A DNA stretch of 32,000 bases from NCBI GenBank assembly GCA_039809905.1, contig JBDHVY010000001.1, forward strand, positions 330,001 through 362,000, in the 5' to 3' direction. Below the pieces are notes generated by a model that ran no database searches, was not told the DNA's origin, and was given only the letters and a program-made list of their open reading frames with translations. The DNA comes from Candidatus Babelota bacterium. GTDB taxonomy: Bacteria; Babelota; Babeliae; Babelales; Vermiphilaceae. Numbering within the stretch: the first letter of the stretch is position 1; each line of letters begins with the position of its first letter. A program made the position numbers and the translations under genes. Of this stretch, positions 8,690 to 18,350 are shown piece after piece.

Positions 8690-9691
8690 TTATTTCGCAG
8701 CACCTGTTCCAAATATCTTAGACTGTAGGTAAGAAAATGCACCGTATATAGCTGCAGAAGCAACTATTATTCCGCCAGCTATTTTTTCTTTGTTTTCATA
8801 AAGATATACAGCCGATTTCATGCTTCGATCAAATGCATTAGTTAAAGTTGTTATAGCTAAACTCCATTTGCCCACTTTCAACGCACTTGCTTGTTCTTCT
8901 TTTAAGGCAAGATCTGCCGCTTGCTGTGCACCTTCAATATTCTGTGATCGGCTTGCTTTCCTTTTTGCTATATCTTGTTGAGCATACCATTCCATAATTG
9001 CCTTATTTAAATCTAATCTTCGTAAAATTTCTGTAATTCTCTTTCTCAAAGGATCTTCAGTTGAAATCGCTAATTGATCCAGTAACTTTATAGCAATATC
9101 ACCTTGATCTATTAAATTCTCAATACCTTTTAATCGCGCAACATTAGATGCACGCCATGCAGAATTTCCCGCTGTAGTTCCGATTTTAGCTACCAACTCA
9201 GGAGAATTCCAGTAAGTAGTTACAGCTTCTAGCTTTTCACACATATCAGCGTAAGCATTTATCTTAGCCAATGCACCTCTTGCAATACGAGGATATAAAG
9301 CTTTATATGCACCATAACCAACACCAGCAGCCCCTGCTAAAGCCCACCATAATTTACTATCTTGTGTAGGAGCATATGCACCTAATGCCTCTAAGGCCGT
9401 ATGAGTGAAAGATCCTTTTTCTGCCGTAATTGCATCGCCTAATAGTTCATAAGCCTTATTCCCACCCTTATAAGAAGCATATCCCCCAATCCCTGCTGCT
9501 GCAACATCCTGCAATCTCGCGAATTTAAGCCACAGTAAATTATAATCAACATAAGACTGTGTTAAATTAGAACGTTTTTTAATTGCATTTACTACAGAAT
9601 AATCCTGAGGAGTTTCGTAATACTGAGCTCCTGAACAATGAGTACTCAGGATTATAGAAAAAGCTGCCAATAGATTTAAATGGCTTTTCAT
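8690..9691 (-). CDS. Hypothetical exported protein
   Basis: 333 aa ORF with signal peptide MKSHLNLLAAFSIILSTHCSGA; no family recognised. Confidence 0.6.
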   Translation of the reverse strand: MKSHLNLLAAFSIILSTHCSGAQYYETPQDYSVVNAIKKRSNLTQSYVDYNLLWLKFARLQDVAAAGIGGYASYKGGNKAYELLGDAITAEKGSFTHTALEALGAYAPTQDSKLWWALAGAAGVGYGAYKALYPRIARGALAKINAYADMCEKLEAVTTYWNSPELVAKIGTTAGNSAWRASNVARLKGIENLIDQGDIAIKLLDQLAISTEDPLRKRITEILRRLDLNKAIMEWYAQQDIAKRKASRSQNIEGAQQAADLALKEEQASALKVGKWSLAITTLTNAFDRSMKSAVYLYENKEKIAGGIIVASAAIYGAFSYLQSKIFGTGAAK

Positions 9692-9875
9692 AAAAGACCT
9701 TTTTGGTATATTTTTTTAGTATTTTCCATTAATTGCTATTTATAAAATATCATATTTGCAAGCTTAATAACAAGTTTTTAAAAATAGGACATCTTCAACC
9801 AATTGCTTTAGTAAGAGAGATTGGTACTATTAAAAATAGGGTATTATTATAACTTTTTATATCAGGGACCATATT

Positions 9876-10274
9876 ATGAATAACATAAGTCATGTCACAC
9901 TTATAGTTGAAAATCAAGCTGAAGCATTGGCCTTTTATAGTGAAAAGCTAGGATTTGTTGTAACAGAAAGCCATAAAGCTGAAGATGATACCTATCTCTG
10001 GCTTACGGTAGCTCCAACACAAGAATCTTCTATATCTCTTACTTTAATGTTGCCTCAAGCTGAAGAAGACAAAGCTCTTATCGGTAAACAAAGCGGATCT
10101 ATCCCCTTCTTTTGTATAATGACTGATGATTGCCATACAACAGCTGCCCAATACAGCAAAAAAGGTGTGGAATTTGTTAAAGAAACAACAGAAGAATTTT
10201 GGGGAATTAATGCCATCATAAGAGATCTTTATGGTAATTTGATTCTTCTTTGTCAGCAAGTTGAAGAAAACTAG
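9876..10274 (+). CDS. VOC/glyoxalase-fold protein
   Basis: ISHVTLIVENQAEALAFYSEKLGFVVTE...FVKETTEEFWGINAIIRDLYGNLILLCQ; typical single-domain VOC pattern. Confidence 0.8.
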   Translation: MNNISHVTLIVENQAEALAFYSEKLGFVVTESHKAEDDTYLWLTVAPTQESSISLTLMLPQAEEDKALIGKQSGSIPFFCIMTDDCHTTAAQYSKKGVEFVKETTEEFWGINAIIRDLYGNLILLCQQVEEN

Positions 10275-10292
10275 ACGTTTTCAATAATTTAG

Positions 10293-10346
10293 ATGGCGAT
10301 CTTAAAGTGCATGAAAACATGTCCTTTGAGATCGCCATTCTTTTTT
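10293..10346 (+). terminator. Rho-independent terminator downstream of the VOC gene
   Basis: atggcgatct (10293-10302) pairs with agatcgccat (10329-10338), followed by tcttttttg. Confidence 0.8.
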
Positions 10347-10368
10347 GTATGTCAGTAGGTTATCAAAA

Positions 10369-11106
10369 CTATCTTGAGTTCATTAAAAGGTATAATAAAA
10401 AAACAGCTAAAAAAGGATGTTGTTCAAGTATTTTCTCTATTTCTTTATTTTCTTTTTTCCATGCTTGTGGATTAAATAATACTCTTATTTCTTTTACATT
10501 AGTAAAAACTAGCTGTTGTATTGCTTCACTATCTTTTAAGTCAATTTCACCGAACATAACTGTAGGAATTGTAGATTGATCACGAAAGATGACCTGAATG
10601 TTATTGTAATCTGAATCTTGACAATCTCCAATAATATTCAAAATTTGGGGCTTCACAAAAAAGCAATCTTTAAAATTCATTTGATTGCATACCATTGAAA
10701 TGAATGGCGATTGAAGAAGACATTTTTTGAGTTCTAATGAAGTTTTTGCTGTAATATTCATCCGATCTTGTGCAACAAGGTGAGACCAATTTAGATCTAA
10801 TTTATCACACGATATATTTAAAGTTCCTGTATAGGAAAAATGAGACCCATTAGCAACCACTCCTTTGAAACTTGATTCTAAATTTGCAATCCCATCCCTA
10901 CCAGATTTGGCATCAAAAAACCCCTTCCTCATTTTCAATATAACAGTATCATCTTTTTCTAAAAACGTAATCGATAATGGCTGTCCCTGAGGAACAATAT
11001 CGCTCAGATGCTTTCCATAAACTGTCATAGCATGTAAAGATCCATGTAATAAGATACCTAACACTAAAGAAAAGAATCGCTTATTGTTTTTAGTAAAGTC
11101 ATTCAT
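10369..11106 (-). CDS. Hypothetical exported protein, possibly beta-helical/GIN-like
   Basis: Signal-peptide-like RFFSLVLGILLHGSLHAM followed by beta-rich sequence; homology not certain. Confidence 0.5.
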   Translation of the reverse strand: MNDFTKNNKRFFSLVLGILLHGSLHAMTVYGKHLSDIVPQGQPLSITFLEKDDTVILKMRKGFFDAKSGRDGIANLESSFKGVVANGSHFSYTGTLNISCDKLDLNWSHLVAQDRMNITAKTSLELKKCLLQSPFISMVCNQMNFKDCFFVKPQILNIIGDCQDSDYNNIQVIFRDQSTIPTVMFGEIDLKDSEAIQQLVFTNVKEIRVLFNPQAWKKENKEIEKILEQHPFLAVFLLYLLMNSR

Positions 11107-11302
11107 CAGTACATCCTTGTAGTAAAAATTAAATTAATACGTATAAATGTGCTTAATATAGCCAAAATCAGATAAAAAATCTAAACATTCACGAGATCTA
11201 TCGATAAAACCACAATAGATTCTTTTGCCGAATACTTTTACAATATAAATAATAAGAATTCTTTCACATGAATATCATAGATCCCCTTCACAAAGGACTT
11301 TC

Positions 11303-14300
11303 ATGAAAACTTTTTCACGATCTCCATTTTTATGGATTAGTGCAACAGCACTGTCAGGAATGTTATATTTTTTTGCATTTCATTTTTTTCCGCAAACATT
11401 TCCCATCATCCACCTAAATATCACTATGGATCTTGAACAAGCAGTAGAACAAGCTGATACGATTGCACAAAAAAATAATCTTGGCCCTTCTAATTATCAT
11501 TATGCAGCAATGTTTCATACTGACGCGGCAGTAAAAACATTCGTAGAACTTGAAGCTGGTGGCACAGATGCGCTTGTTAACATGATGGATGAAAAATTGT
11601 ATATGCCCTACACGTGGAAGGTTCGCCATTTTAAAGAGCATGAAAAAAATGAATCTCTCATAAGTTTCACTCCAGATGGTCAACCGTATGGTTTTATTGA
11701 AACAATTTCTGAAAATATTCCTGGTGCACAATTATCAGAAAAAGATGCACGTATCATTGCAGAAACATATGCAGAAACGCAAGGCAATATTGTCTTAAGC
11801 GATTACAAATTGGTTGAAGCATCGCAAAAAACTCAGCTGAGTAAACGAATTGATCATACGTTTGTCTATGAACGTAATGATAAAAAAATAGGTGAAGGCA
11901 ATTATCGTCTGAAAATTGTGGTCAGTGGAGATAAAGTAACTGAACTCACGCACTTTGTTAAGGTTCCTGAAGCATTTACCCGCCGTTATGAAGAAATGCG
12001 TTCTGCCAATACCATTATTGCATTTGCAGCAACCCTTCTTATGGCTCTTCTTTATTTCTTTGGTGGTTGTTGCCTGGGATTATATTGGATCAATAAAAAA
12101 AAGTGGCTTTTACTCAAGCAACCATTGCGGTGGGCTTTTTTTCTTGCACTCATTTCCGCGTTAAACTCAGTCAATCAATTACCTTTTTTGTGGATGAAGT
12201 ATAATAATGCTTTTTCGCTCTACGGTTTTCTTTCGCAACTATTTCTTTCTTGTTTTATCAGTTTCATTGCACAAACATTTATGTATACCATTATTATCGC
12301 TGCTGCAGAAAGTTTAACTCGACGGGCTTTTGGAAATCATCCACAATTATGGACCTTATGTTCAGCTGAAAGCAGTTCATCATATGCCATTTTGGGCAGA
12401 ACAGTTGGCGGTTACCTTCTTGTTGGTTTTAATGTAGCATTTGTTATTGCATTTTATATTGTTTCTTTACGCTATTTGGGATGGTGGTCACCATCAGAAA
12501 TGTTGTTTGATCCTAATATTCTTGCATCTTATGCACCATGGTTTTCACCACTTGCATCATCATTGAATGCAGGATTTATAGAAGAATGTGTTTTTCGCGC
12601 AATTCCCCTTGCAGGTGCAGCATTACTGGGAACATATTTTGGCAAAAGAAACTGGTGGATTGCCGCTGCATTAATTTTGCAAGCAATTGTTTTTGGTGCC
12701 GCCCATGCCAATTATCCTGTTCAACCATCATATGCTCGTCTGGTGGAATTATTTATCCCATCATTGATATGGGGAATCATTTATCTGAGATTTGGTCTTA
12801 TTACCACCATTATTTCTCATTTTGCGTATGATGTTATTTGGTTTTCAATACCTATTTTTGTATCTTTTGCTCCTGATACATTGCTTTATAAAATTCTTAT
12901 TATCATCGGCGCATTATTACCATTATTGTACGTACTTTTTGCACGTCTTAAAAAGGGAAAATGGAATCATTTGCCAGAATCCGCTCATAATCATGCCTGG
13001 CAACCTTCAACATCATTATCAGAAGAAAAAGAGGAAAAAGAAGCAGTGCCACAAGAGTCTTTGAAAACATCCACTACCACTGCACATAAAACAATTATTG
13101 GGTTAGGTATTATAAGTCTTATTGTATGGATATATGGTACACGCTTTACTCATGATGGTATTACGATTACCTGTAACCGCCAAGAAGCAGTGACGTTTGC
13201 CGATTCATTTTTAGCAGAAAAAAATAGTATTCTCACTGCTCCATGGAAAACATTACCACTGATCTTCACGCACTATAAACTTGTTCCTGATATAGCACAG
13301 CAACATACATTTATCTGGAAAAAAGGTAAAAAAGATTTATATCACGCATTGCTCGGCACTTATTTGGAACCAGCGCACTGGACAATTCGTTACGCACAAT
13401 TTGATACTGATATCATAGAACGCACGCAAGAACATAAAATAATGCTTTATAATGATTCTGTATGGCGATACCATCATCAATTACCAGAAAGTAGCATTGG
13501 TGCTTCGTTAACACAAGAACAAGCCCGTTCTATTGCACACAAAACATTATCTGAGCAATATAATCTTGATCATGAACAATTGAGGGAAATCTCTGCAGTG
13601 CAAGCACAATTGCCTCATCGCATTAATTGGTTATTTATTTTTGAAGACAGTGCAGTATATCCATTGCAAACAGGACGAGCTCTTGTTTCAATTTTGATAG
13701 CTGGTGATGAAGTAGTTTATACAACACGAACTATTCAAGTACCTGAAGAATGGGAGCGCAAACAACAAAATAAACAAAATATACTCAACATTGTTATGAT
13801 GGTATTTTCACTTATTTTATTGCTTTTCTTACTTATTGGATTGGTCGTTGCACTACGCCAAAAGAAGAACGTTATCATTTCAAAAAAGCTCTTGGCAATA
13901 ATATTTGGTGTTTCACTATTTCTTGGAATAATAGACATTCTTAATACCTGGCCAAGCATTGTGGGTAATTTTAGTACAAGCTTACCATTCAATAATCAGC
14001 TTTTTCAGATTATGATGGCATTTGCTTTCTCTTCATTGCTTAAATCGTCTTTATATGCACTCATTCTTTCGTATGTATTATCATTCAAAACACATACAAT
14101 TCAATATGGTAAACTCAACGTATATAGCGGTATATGTTGTGGTCTATTCATGGCGGGAATCATCAAGATTGCACAAACTGCATTGCCTCTTAATATGCCA
14201 TTGTGGCCAGAATATGATGCACTTGGTTGTTCCATACCGTTACTTGCATCATGCTTGAATTCAATTGCTCATTACATTCAATTAACAATATCATTCTCAT

Positions 14301-14659
14301 TGCTCTACATACTTGTTGATAATGCAACAATACACTGGCAAAAAAATCGCCTCTTTTTTACCATTCTCGCGATGCTATGCGGAATGGCTATGGTTGATCT
14401 GCCATCACTAAGGATGTTACCATTGTGGCTTGCTGCAGGGGCAATAATTGGAAAAATATTATTATTATTGTATCAACACATTATGCAATACAATTATTCA
14501 GTCATCCCATTTGCTACGGGAAGTTTTATTATTTTGAAACTCATACAACAAGGCATGTTTAATGCTTATCCAGGAGCAGCGCTTGCTGCAATAGTTAATG
14601 TATGCGCAATAGGTGGATTATCTGCATTGTGGCATGAATACTTGAACAAAACAAAATAA
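11303..14659 (+). CDS. Large multi-pass CPBP-type (CAAX-processing/bacteriocin-processing) intramembrane metalloprotease with duplicated extracytoplasmic domains
   Basis: 1118 aa with many hydrophobic helices. Protease motifs NAGFIEECVFRAIPL (EExxxR), GAAHANYP, and TTIISHFAYDVIW. Confidence 0.8.
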   Translation: MKTFSRSPFLWISATALSGMLYFFAFHFFPQTFPIIHLNITMDLEQAVEQADTIAQKNNLGPSNYHYAAMFHTDAAVKTFVELEAGGTDALVNMMDEKLYMPYTWKVRHFKEHEKNESLISFTPDGQPYGFIETISENIPGAQLSEKDARIIAETYAETQGNIVLSDYKLVEASQKTQLSKRIDHTFVYERNDKKIGEGNYRLKIVVSGDKVTELTHFVKVPEAFTRRYEEMRSANTIIAFAATLLMALLYFFGGCCLGLYWINKKKWLLLKQPLRWAFFLALISALNSVNQLPFLWMKYNNAFSLYGFLSQLFLSCFISFIAQTFMYTIIIAAAESLTRRAFGNHPQLWTLCSAESSSSYAILGRTVGGYLLVGFNVAFVIAFYIVSLRYLGWWSPSEMLFDPNILASYAPWFSPLASSLNAGFIEECVFRAIPLAGAALLGTYFGKRNWWIAAALILQAIVFGAAHANYPVQPSYARLVELFIPSLIWGIIYLRFGLITTIISHFAYDVIWFSIPIFVSFAPDTLLYKILIIIGALLPLLYVLFARLKKGKWNHLPESAHNHAWQPSTSLSEEKEEKEAVPQESLKTSTTTAHKTIIGLGIISLIVWIYGTRFTHDGITITCNRQEAVTFADSFLAEKNSILTAPWKTLPLIFTHYKLVPDIAQQHTFIWKKGKKDLYHALLGTYLEPAHWTIRYAQFDTDIIERTQEHKIMLYNDSVWRYHHQLPESSIGASLTQEQARSIAHKTLSEQYNLDHEQLREISAVQAQLPHRINWLFIFEDSAVYPLQTGRALVSILIAGDEVVYTTRTIQVPEEWERKQQNKQNILNIVMMVFSLILLLFLLIGLVVALRQKKNVIISKKLLAIIFGVSLFLGIIDILNTWPSIVGNFSTSLPFNNQLFQIMMAFAFSSLLKSSLYALILSYVLSFKTHTIQYGKLNVYSGICCGLFMAGIIKIAQTALPLNMPLWPEYDALGCSIPLLASCLNSIAHYIQLTISFSLLYILVDNATIHWQKNRLFFTILAMLCGMAMVDLPSLRMLPLWLAAGAIIGKILLLLYQHIMQYNYSVIPFATGSFIILKLIQQGMFNAYPGAALAAIVNVCAIGGLSALWHEYLNKTK

Positions 14660-14678
14660 ATATTTTTTATCAGCTATG

Positions 14679-14706
14679 AGACCTCATACGAATGAGGTCT
14701 TTTTTA
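14679..14706 (+). terminator. Rho-independent terminator after the CPBP protease gene
   Basis: agacctcat - acga - atgaggtct followed by tttttt. Confidence 0.85.
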
Positions 14707-14774
14707 TTATTATTGAGTTTTTTCATAATAGAATTATATAATAAATATGATGAATTGGTAATAAGGATTATTTT

Positions 14775-15851
14775 ATGATAAAAAAATCAAAATTAAGATA
14801 TATATGGATAGTACTTGCTATGCATCAAATACATGCAAGTTTAGAACCAACCAATACTAACATGTTTTCTATCGATAACTTTGCTGGAGATAAATTTTCT
14901 TATCAAGACTATCAAAAATATTTATTGGGCGGAGCCGGCCTGGCTATAATAGGAGCAGGAGCTTATTGGTGGTATAAAAATAGCATTAATTTGGGAACTG
15001 AATATAAACCCCAAATTGATGACCCAGTAATACAACATCAAAAAAGGACTTTTGAAGAAAGTTCTAAAAACAGCGAGTTCCAAAAATTTGTTCAGCATTT
15101 CTCTCCTCCAGCAAATTTATCAGCCTATTTAGTACCATATGAAAGAATTTTATATGAACAAGCAACAGTTTTTAATCGCTTACAGGATTCTAAATTTGTA
15201 GCAAAAAGTACTGATCTGACCCGCCTTATTATTGCTCAACGTATGAATAATTATATCAAAAAGAAAAACTATACTTCTATAGGTGTTCCTCAAAAATATA
15301 TTTTTCTGACTGGTGATGTTTGGACTGTTATAGCAGAAAAAATAGATGAAACAAAAAATAAACCTACCATTGGACTACAACAAATGATGGAACTAACTGA
15401 TATTATCGAAACAACGGGCTATTCAGATTTTGACGATAAAAACCTTATGTCTGATAAAAATGGCAAGATATTTTTCATAGATACAGAAGATAAATCATTT
15501 ATATCTCCCATAGGGAAATATAATTTCGGCATCATTCCCGGCAGTAAATTAAGAGACGAAGACACAATAGCCTTGTGTAAAGAAAAATACATTAATCTCA
15601 ATTATTTTAATCAATATCTTGGTAGATATGGCTATCTACAAAAAGAAGATGCTCGCAATTTTCTTATGCAAAAAATAAATCAACTGAAAATCAAATACGA
15701 AAACTCAGAAGAAACATATACAAAAATAACTGGTGCAACTGATTTGGATGATTACAACGTCAATATCAATGCATTAAGTGAATACATAAAACCTCTCATA
15801 CAAAGCACGAGAGGTTTACGTGCCAAACCAAGAAATTATTTTAAAAAATAG
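14775..15851 (+). CDS. Exported protein of unknown function with a kinase-like active-site motif
   Basis: 358 aa. Signal-peptide-like MIKKSKLRYIWIVLAMHQIHA and glycine-rich TM (GGAGLAIIGAGAYWWY). LQQMMELTDIIETTGYSDFDDKNLMSDKNGKIFFIDTEDKSF resembles the catalytic loop plus metal-binding Asp of protein-kinase-like folds. Confidence 0.5.
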   Translation: MIKKSKLRYIWIVLAMHQIHASLEPTNTNMFSIDNFAGDKFSYQDYQKYLLGGAGLAIIGAGAYWWYKNSINLGTEYKPQIDDPVIQHQKRTFEESSKNSEFQKFVQHFSPPANLSAYLVPYERILYEQATVFNRLQDSKFVAKSTDLTRLIIAQRMNNYIKKKNYTSIGVPQKYIFLTGDVWTVIAEKIDETKNKPTIGLQQMMELTDIIETTGYSDFDDKNLMSDKNGKIFFIDTEDKSFISPIGKYNFGIIPGSKLRDEDTIALCKEKYINLNYFNQYLGRYGYLQKEDARNFLMQKINQLKIKYENSEETYTKITGATDLDDYNVNINALSEYIKPLIQSTRGLRAKPRNYFKK

Positions 15852-15871
15852 ATAATTTTACAGCTCTTAAT

Positions 15872-17026
15872 CTAGGATAACAACCTATAAAATATGCCTT
15901 CTAATTCTGCCATTGATTGTGTTGTCTCAAATTCATCTTCAACTTTTTTTCGTGCCGCTAAACCAACCGTTTTCCATAATTCTGGATGCTTTATAATATA
16001 CTTAATTTTCTTTGCTAATTGTTTACTACTTCCTTCTGGTACCAAGTAACCAGAAACACCATCCGTAATTAATTCTGGAGTCCCAGCATGAAAGGTACTT
16101 ACCGGAATAAGCCCCATTGCCATTGCTTCTTTGAGCGCATTGGCAATACCTTCTTCATCTCCATTAGAAGATGTTATTGAAGGTAACAAAAAAATATGCG
16201 ATTCATCTAAAATGCGTGCAACCTGATCTTGTTCAGCCCATCCAAAAAAAGTAACTTTATCCAGAATTTTTGATTTTTTTGCTAATTTACGCAATGAAGA
16301 TTGTAAATGGCCACTACCAACAATAGTATAATGAATATTTTTATACCGTTTATTGAGACGCGCGATTGCTCCTATTGCAAAATTAAGTCCTTTTTTTTGG
16401 ATAAGCCGACATACGGAAACAAACTTTATTTTTTCTCCTGGTCGATACGTTCTTTCTCTGAAAAAAAATTGCTTGCAATTAATTGCAGAGTGATGAACAA
16501 TTACTTTTTCTGCCGGGCAACCAAGCTGTACGGTTATTTTTTTAAAATAATCACATACAGGTAAAAAAATATCAGCTCTTTTAAAGAGCTTCTCATAAAT
16601 CGATGGATTGTTTCTTATGTTATTTCCCGTTATATCAAAACCTCTTAAGCACACCACTATTTTTTTTGTATCAAGCCATGGTGTTAAAGCATCATTTTCT
16701 ACAATCAGTTTGCCCAAGGAAGCTGATTGGCAAAAAACAACATCACAATCAGGTAAATCTGCAGGAAATCGTTCATATATAACAGAGTTTAATAGCGAAT
16801 ATTTTTCTATATTGGGATGACCTTCAACATCATTTTTACGAAACGCAAAAATAGTTACTTTATGACCTCTATCAATGAGTCCTGTCATCATGTTTAAAAT
16901 GTAGGTTTGAGATGGTGCTGGAAAATATGACACAACAAAAAGAACATGAAGAGGTCTTGACTCTAATGCACAGTTATATAAACAAAAAATAAACCCAATA
17001 ATCATACATTTCTTGTTTAAATACAT
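15872..17026 (-). CDS. GT4-family glycosyltransferase with N-terminal hydrophobic/signal segment
   Basis: KKCMIIGFIFCLYNCALESRPLHVLFVVSYFPAPSQTYILNMMTGLIDRGHKV...SVCRLIQKKGLNFAIGAIARL...EEGIANALKEAMAMGLIPVSTFHAGTPELITDGVSGYLV (GT-B, EX7E motif). Confidence 0.88.
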   Translation of the reverse strand: MYLNKKCMIIGFIFCLYNCALESRPLHVLFVVSYFPAPSQTYILNMMTGLIDRGHKVTIFAFRKNDVEGHPNIEKYSLLNSVIYERFPADLPDCDVVFCQSASLGKLIVENDALTPWLDTKKIVVCLRGFDITGNNIRNNPSIYEKLFKRADIFLPVCDYFKKITVQLGCPAEKVIVHHSAINCKQFFFRERTYRPGEKIKFVSVCRLIQKKGLNFAIGAIARLNKRYKNIHYTIVGSGHLQSSLRKLAKKSKILDKVTFFGWAEQDQVARILDESHIFLLPSITSSNGDEEGIANALKEAMAMGLIPVSTFHAGTPELITDGVSGYLVPEGSSKQLAKKIKYIIKHPELWKTVGLAARKKVEDEFETTQSMAELEGIFYRLLS

Positions 17027-18255
17027 TCGCCTTCCTCGTTATAAAGTGCGTTCTTTTTATTTAAAAGACCGTAAAATATTTTTTCTAGCTTTTGAATTGA
17101 TCGCTTTGTTTCAAAATGATCCTTAACTGTTTTTCGAGCTGCACGACCTATTGCTTCCCATGATTCTGGATGTTCTATAATATGTTCAATTGCTTGCGCT
17201 AATTCTATTTCATTTTTTTCCGCAACTAAAAAACCAGATACTTTATCTTGGATAAGCTCTGCATTTCCCGCATGCCAGGTTCCTACAGATATTAAACCAG
17301 TTGCCATAGCTTCTTTAAGTGCGTTAGGAATGCCTTCTTCATTACCATCTGATCCTGTTCGTGAAGGCAATAGAAAAATATGTGATTTACTTAAAATGGA
17401 AACTACATCAGCTTGCATTGCCCATCCGTTAAACGTAACTTTATCTTCTATTTTTAGTTTTTTTACTAATTGTTCCAAATTCTTTCTTTCTGGACCATCT
17501 CCTACAATAGTAAAATGAATATTGGGATGTTTTTCTGCAACACTGGCAATTGCTTTAATGGCAAAATCGATTCCCTTTTTTTCAACAAGTCTACACACAG
17601 AAACACACCGTATAATCCCATCCTTTGGTATTTTTCTTGTCTTGAAAAAAAATTGTGCACAATCAATAGCAGAGTGATGCACGATTATTTTGTCTGAGTC
17701 ACACCCTAAATCAATGAGGCGATTTTTGAAATAATCACAAACCGGTAAAAAAAGATCTCCCTGAACAAAGAGTTTTTTATACATTGCCTGCTCTTTTTCA
17801 AGATGCGATGTTATATCGGCTCCACGAAAACAAACAACAAGTTTACGTTTTTTAAGCCATTTTTCACTATTCTTCATCCTCATAATTCTATTTCCTAAAT
17901 AGCCAAATTGACAAAATACAACGTCGCATTCAGGCAAATCAAAAGGAAATTTTTCGTAAAAAACTCGATCTAATAATCGATATTTTTTTATATTAGGATG
18001 TATGTTTTCATACTTATCTTTATATACTGAAAAAATAAATACATTATGTCCTCTATCAATAAGACCTGTCATAATATTCAAAATAAATATTTGAGATGGA
18101 GCAGGAAAATGACCTACAACAAAAAGTATATTTAAAGGCTGAGATTTGTGAGAAGAAGAAGCTTTGATAGAAGATTCATCACTCGCAAACATGCTATAAC
18201 TTACGAGATATGTGCACAAGATTATAAGATTGAGCACTATTCTACATAATATCAT
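17017..18255 (-). CDS. GT4-family glycosyltransferase with N-terminal signal-like segment
   Basis: ILCRIVLNLIILCTYLVSYSMFA signal-like segment; LNILFVVGHFPAPSQIFILNMMTGLIDRGHNV...SVCRLVEKKGIDFAIKAIASV...EEGIPNALKEAMATGLISVGTWHAGNAELI. Overlaps the next gene by 10 nt. Confidence 0.88.
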   Translation of the reverse strand: MILCRIVLNLIILCTYLVSYSMFASDESSIKASSSHKSQPLNILFVVGHFPAPSQIFILNIMTGLIDRGHNVFIFSVYKDKYENIHPNIKKYRLLDRVFYEKFPFDLPECDVVFCQFGYLGNRIMRMKNSEKWLKKRKLVVCFRGADITSHLEKEQAMYKKLFVQGDLFLPVCDYFKNRLIDLGCDSDKIIVHHSAIDCAQFFFKTRKIPKDGIIRCVSVCRLVEKKGIDFAIKAIASVAEKHPNIHFTIVGDGPERKNLEQLVKKLKIEDKVTFNGWAMQADVVSILSKSHIFLLPSRTGSDGNEEGIPNALKEAMATGLISVGTWHAGNAELIQDKVSGFLVAEKNEIELAQAIEHIIEHPESWEAIGRAARKTVKDHFETKRSIQKLEKIFYGLLNKKNALYNEEGECI

Positions 18256-18350
18256 CGTATCTCCATATTTATTCTATAACCCCGTTTGCCCAATCTCATT
18301 TCACTTCTATCGAGGTCCAATTAAGAAATTTTTCATTGTTGGTGGGTTGG

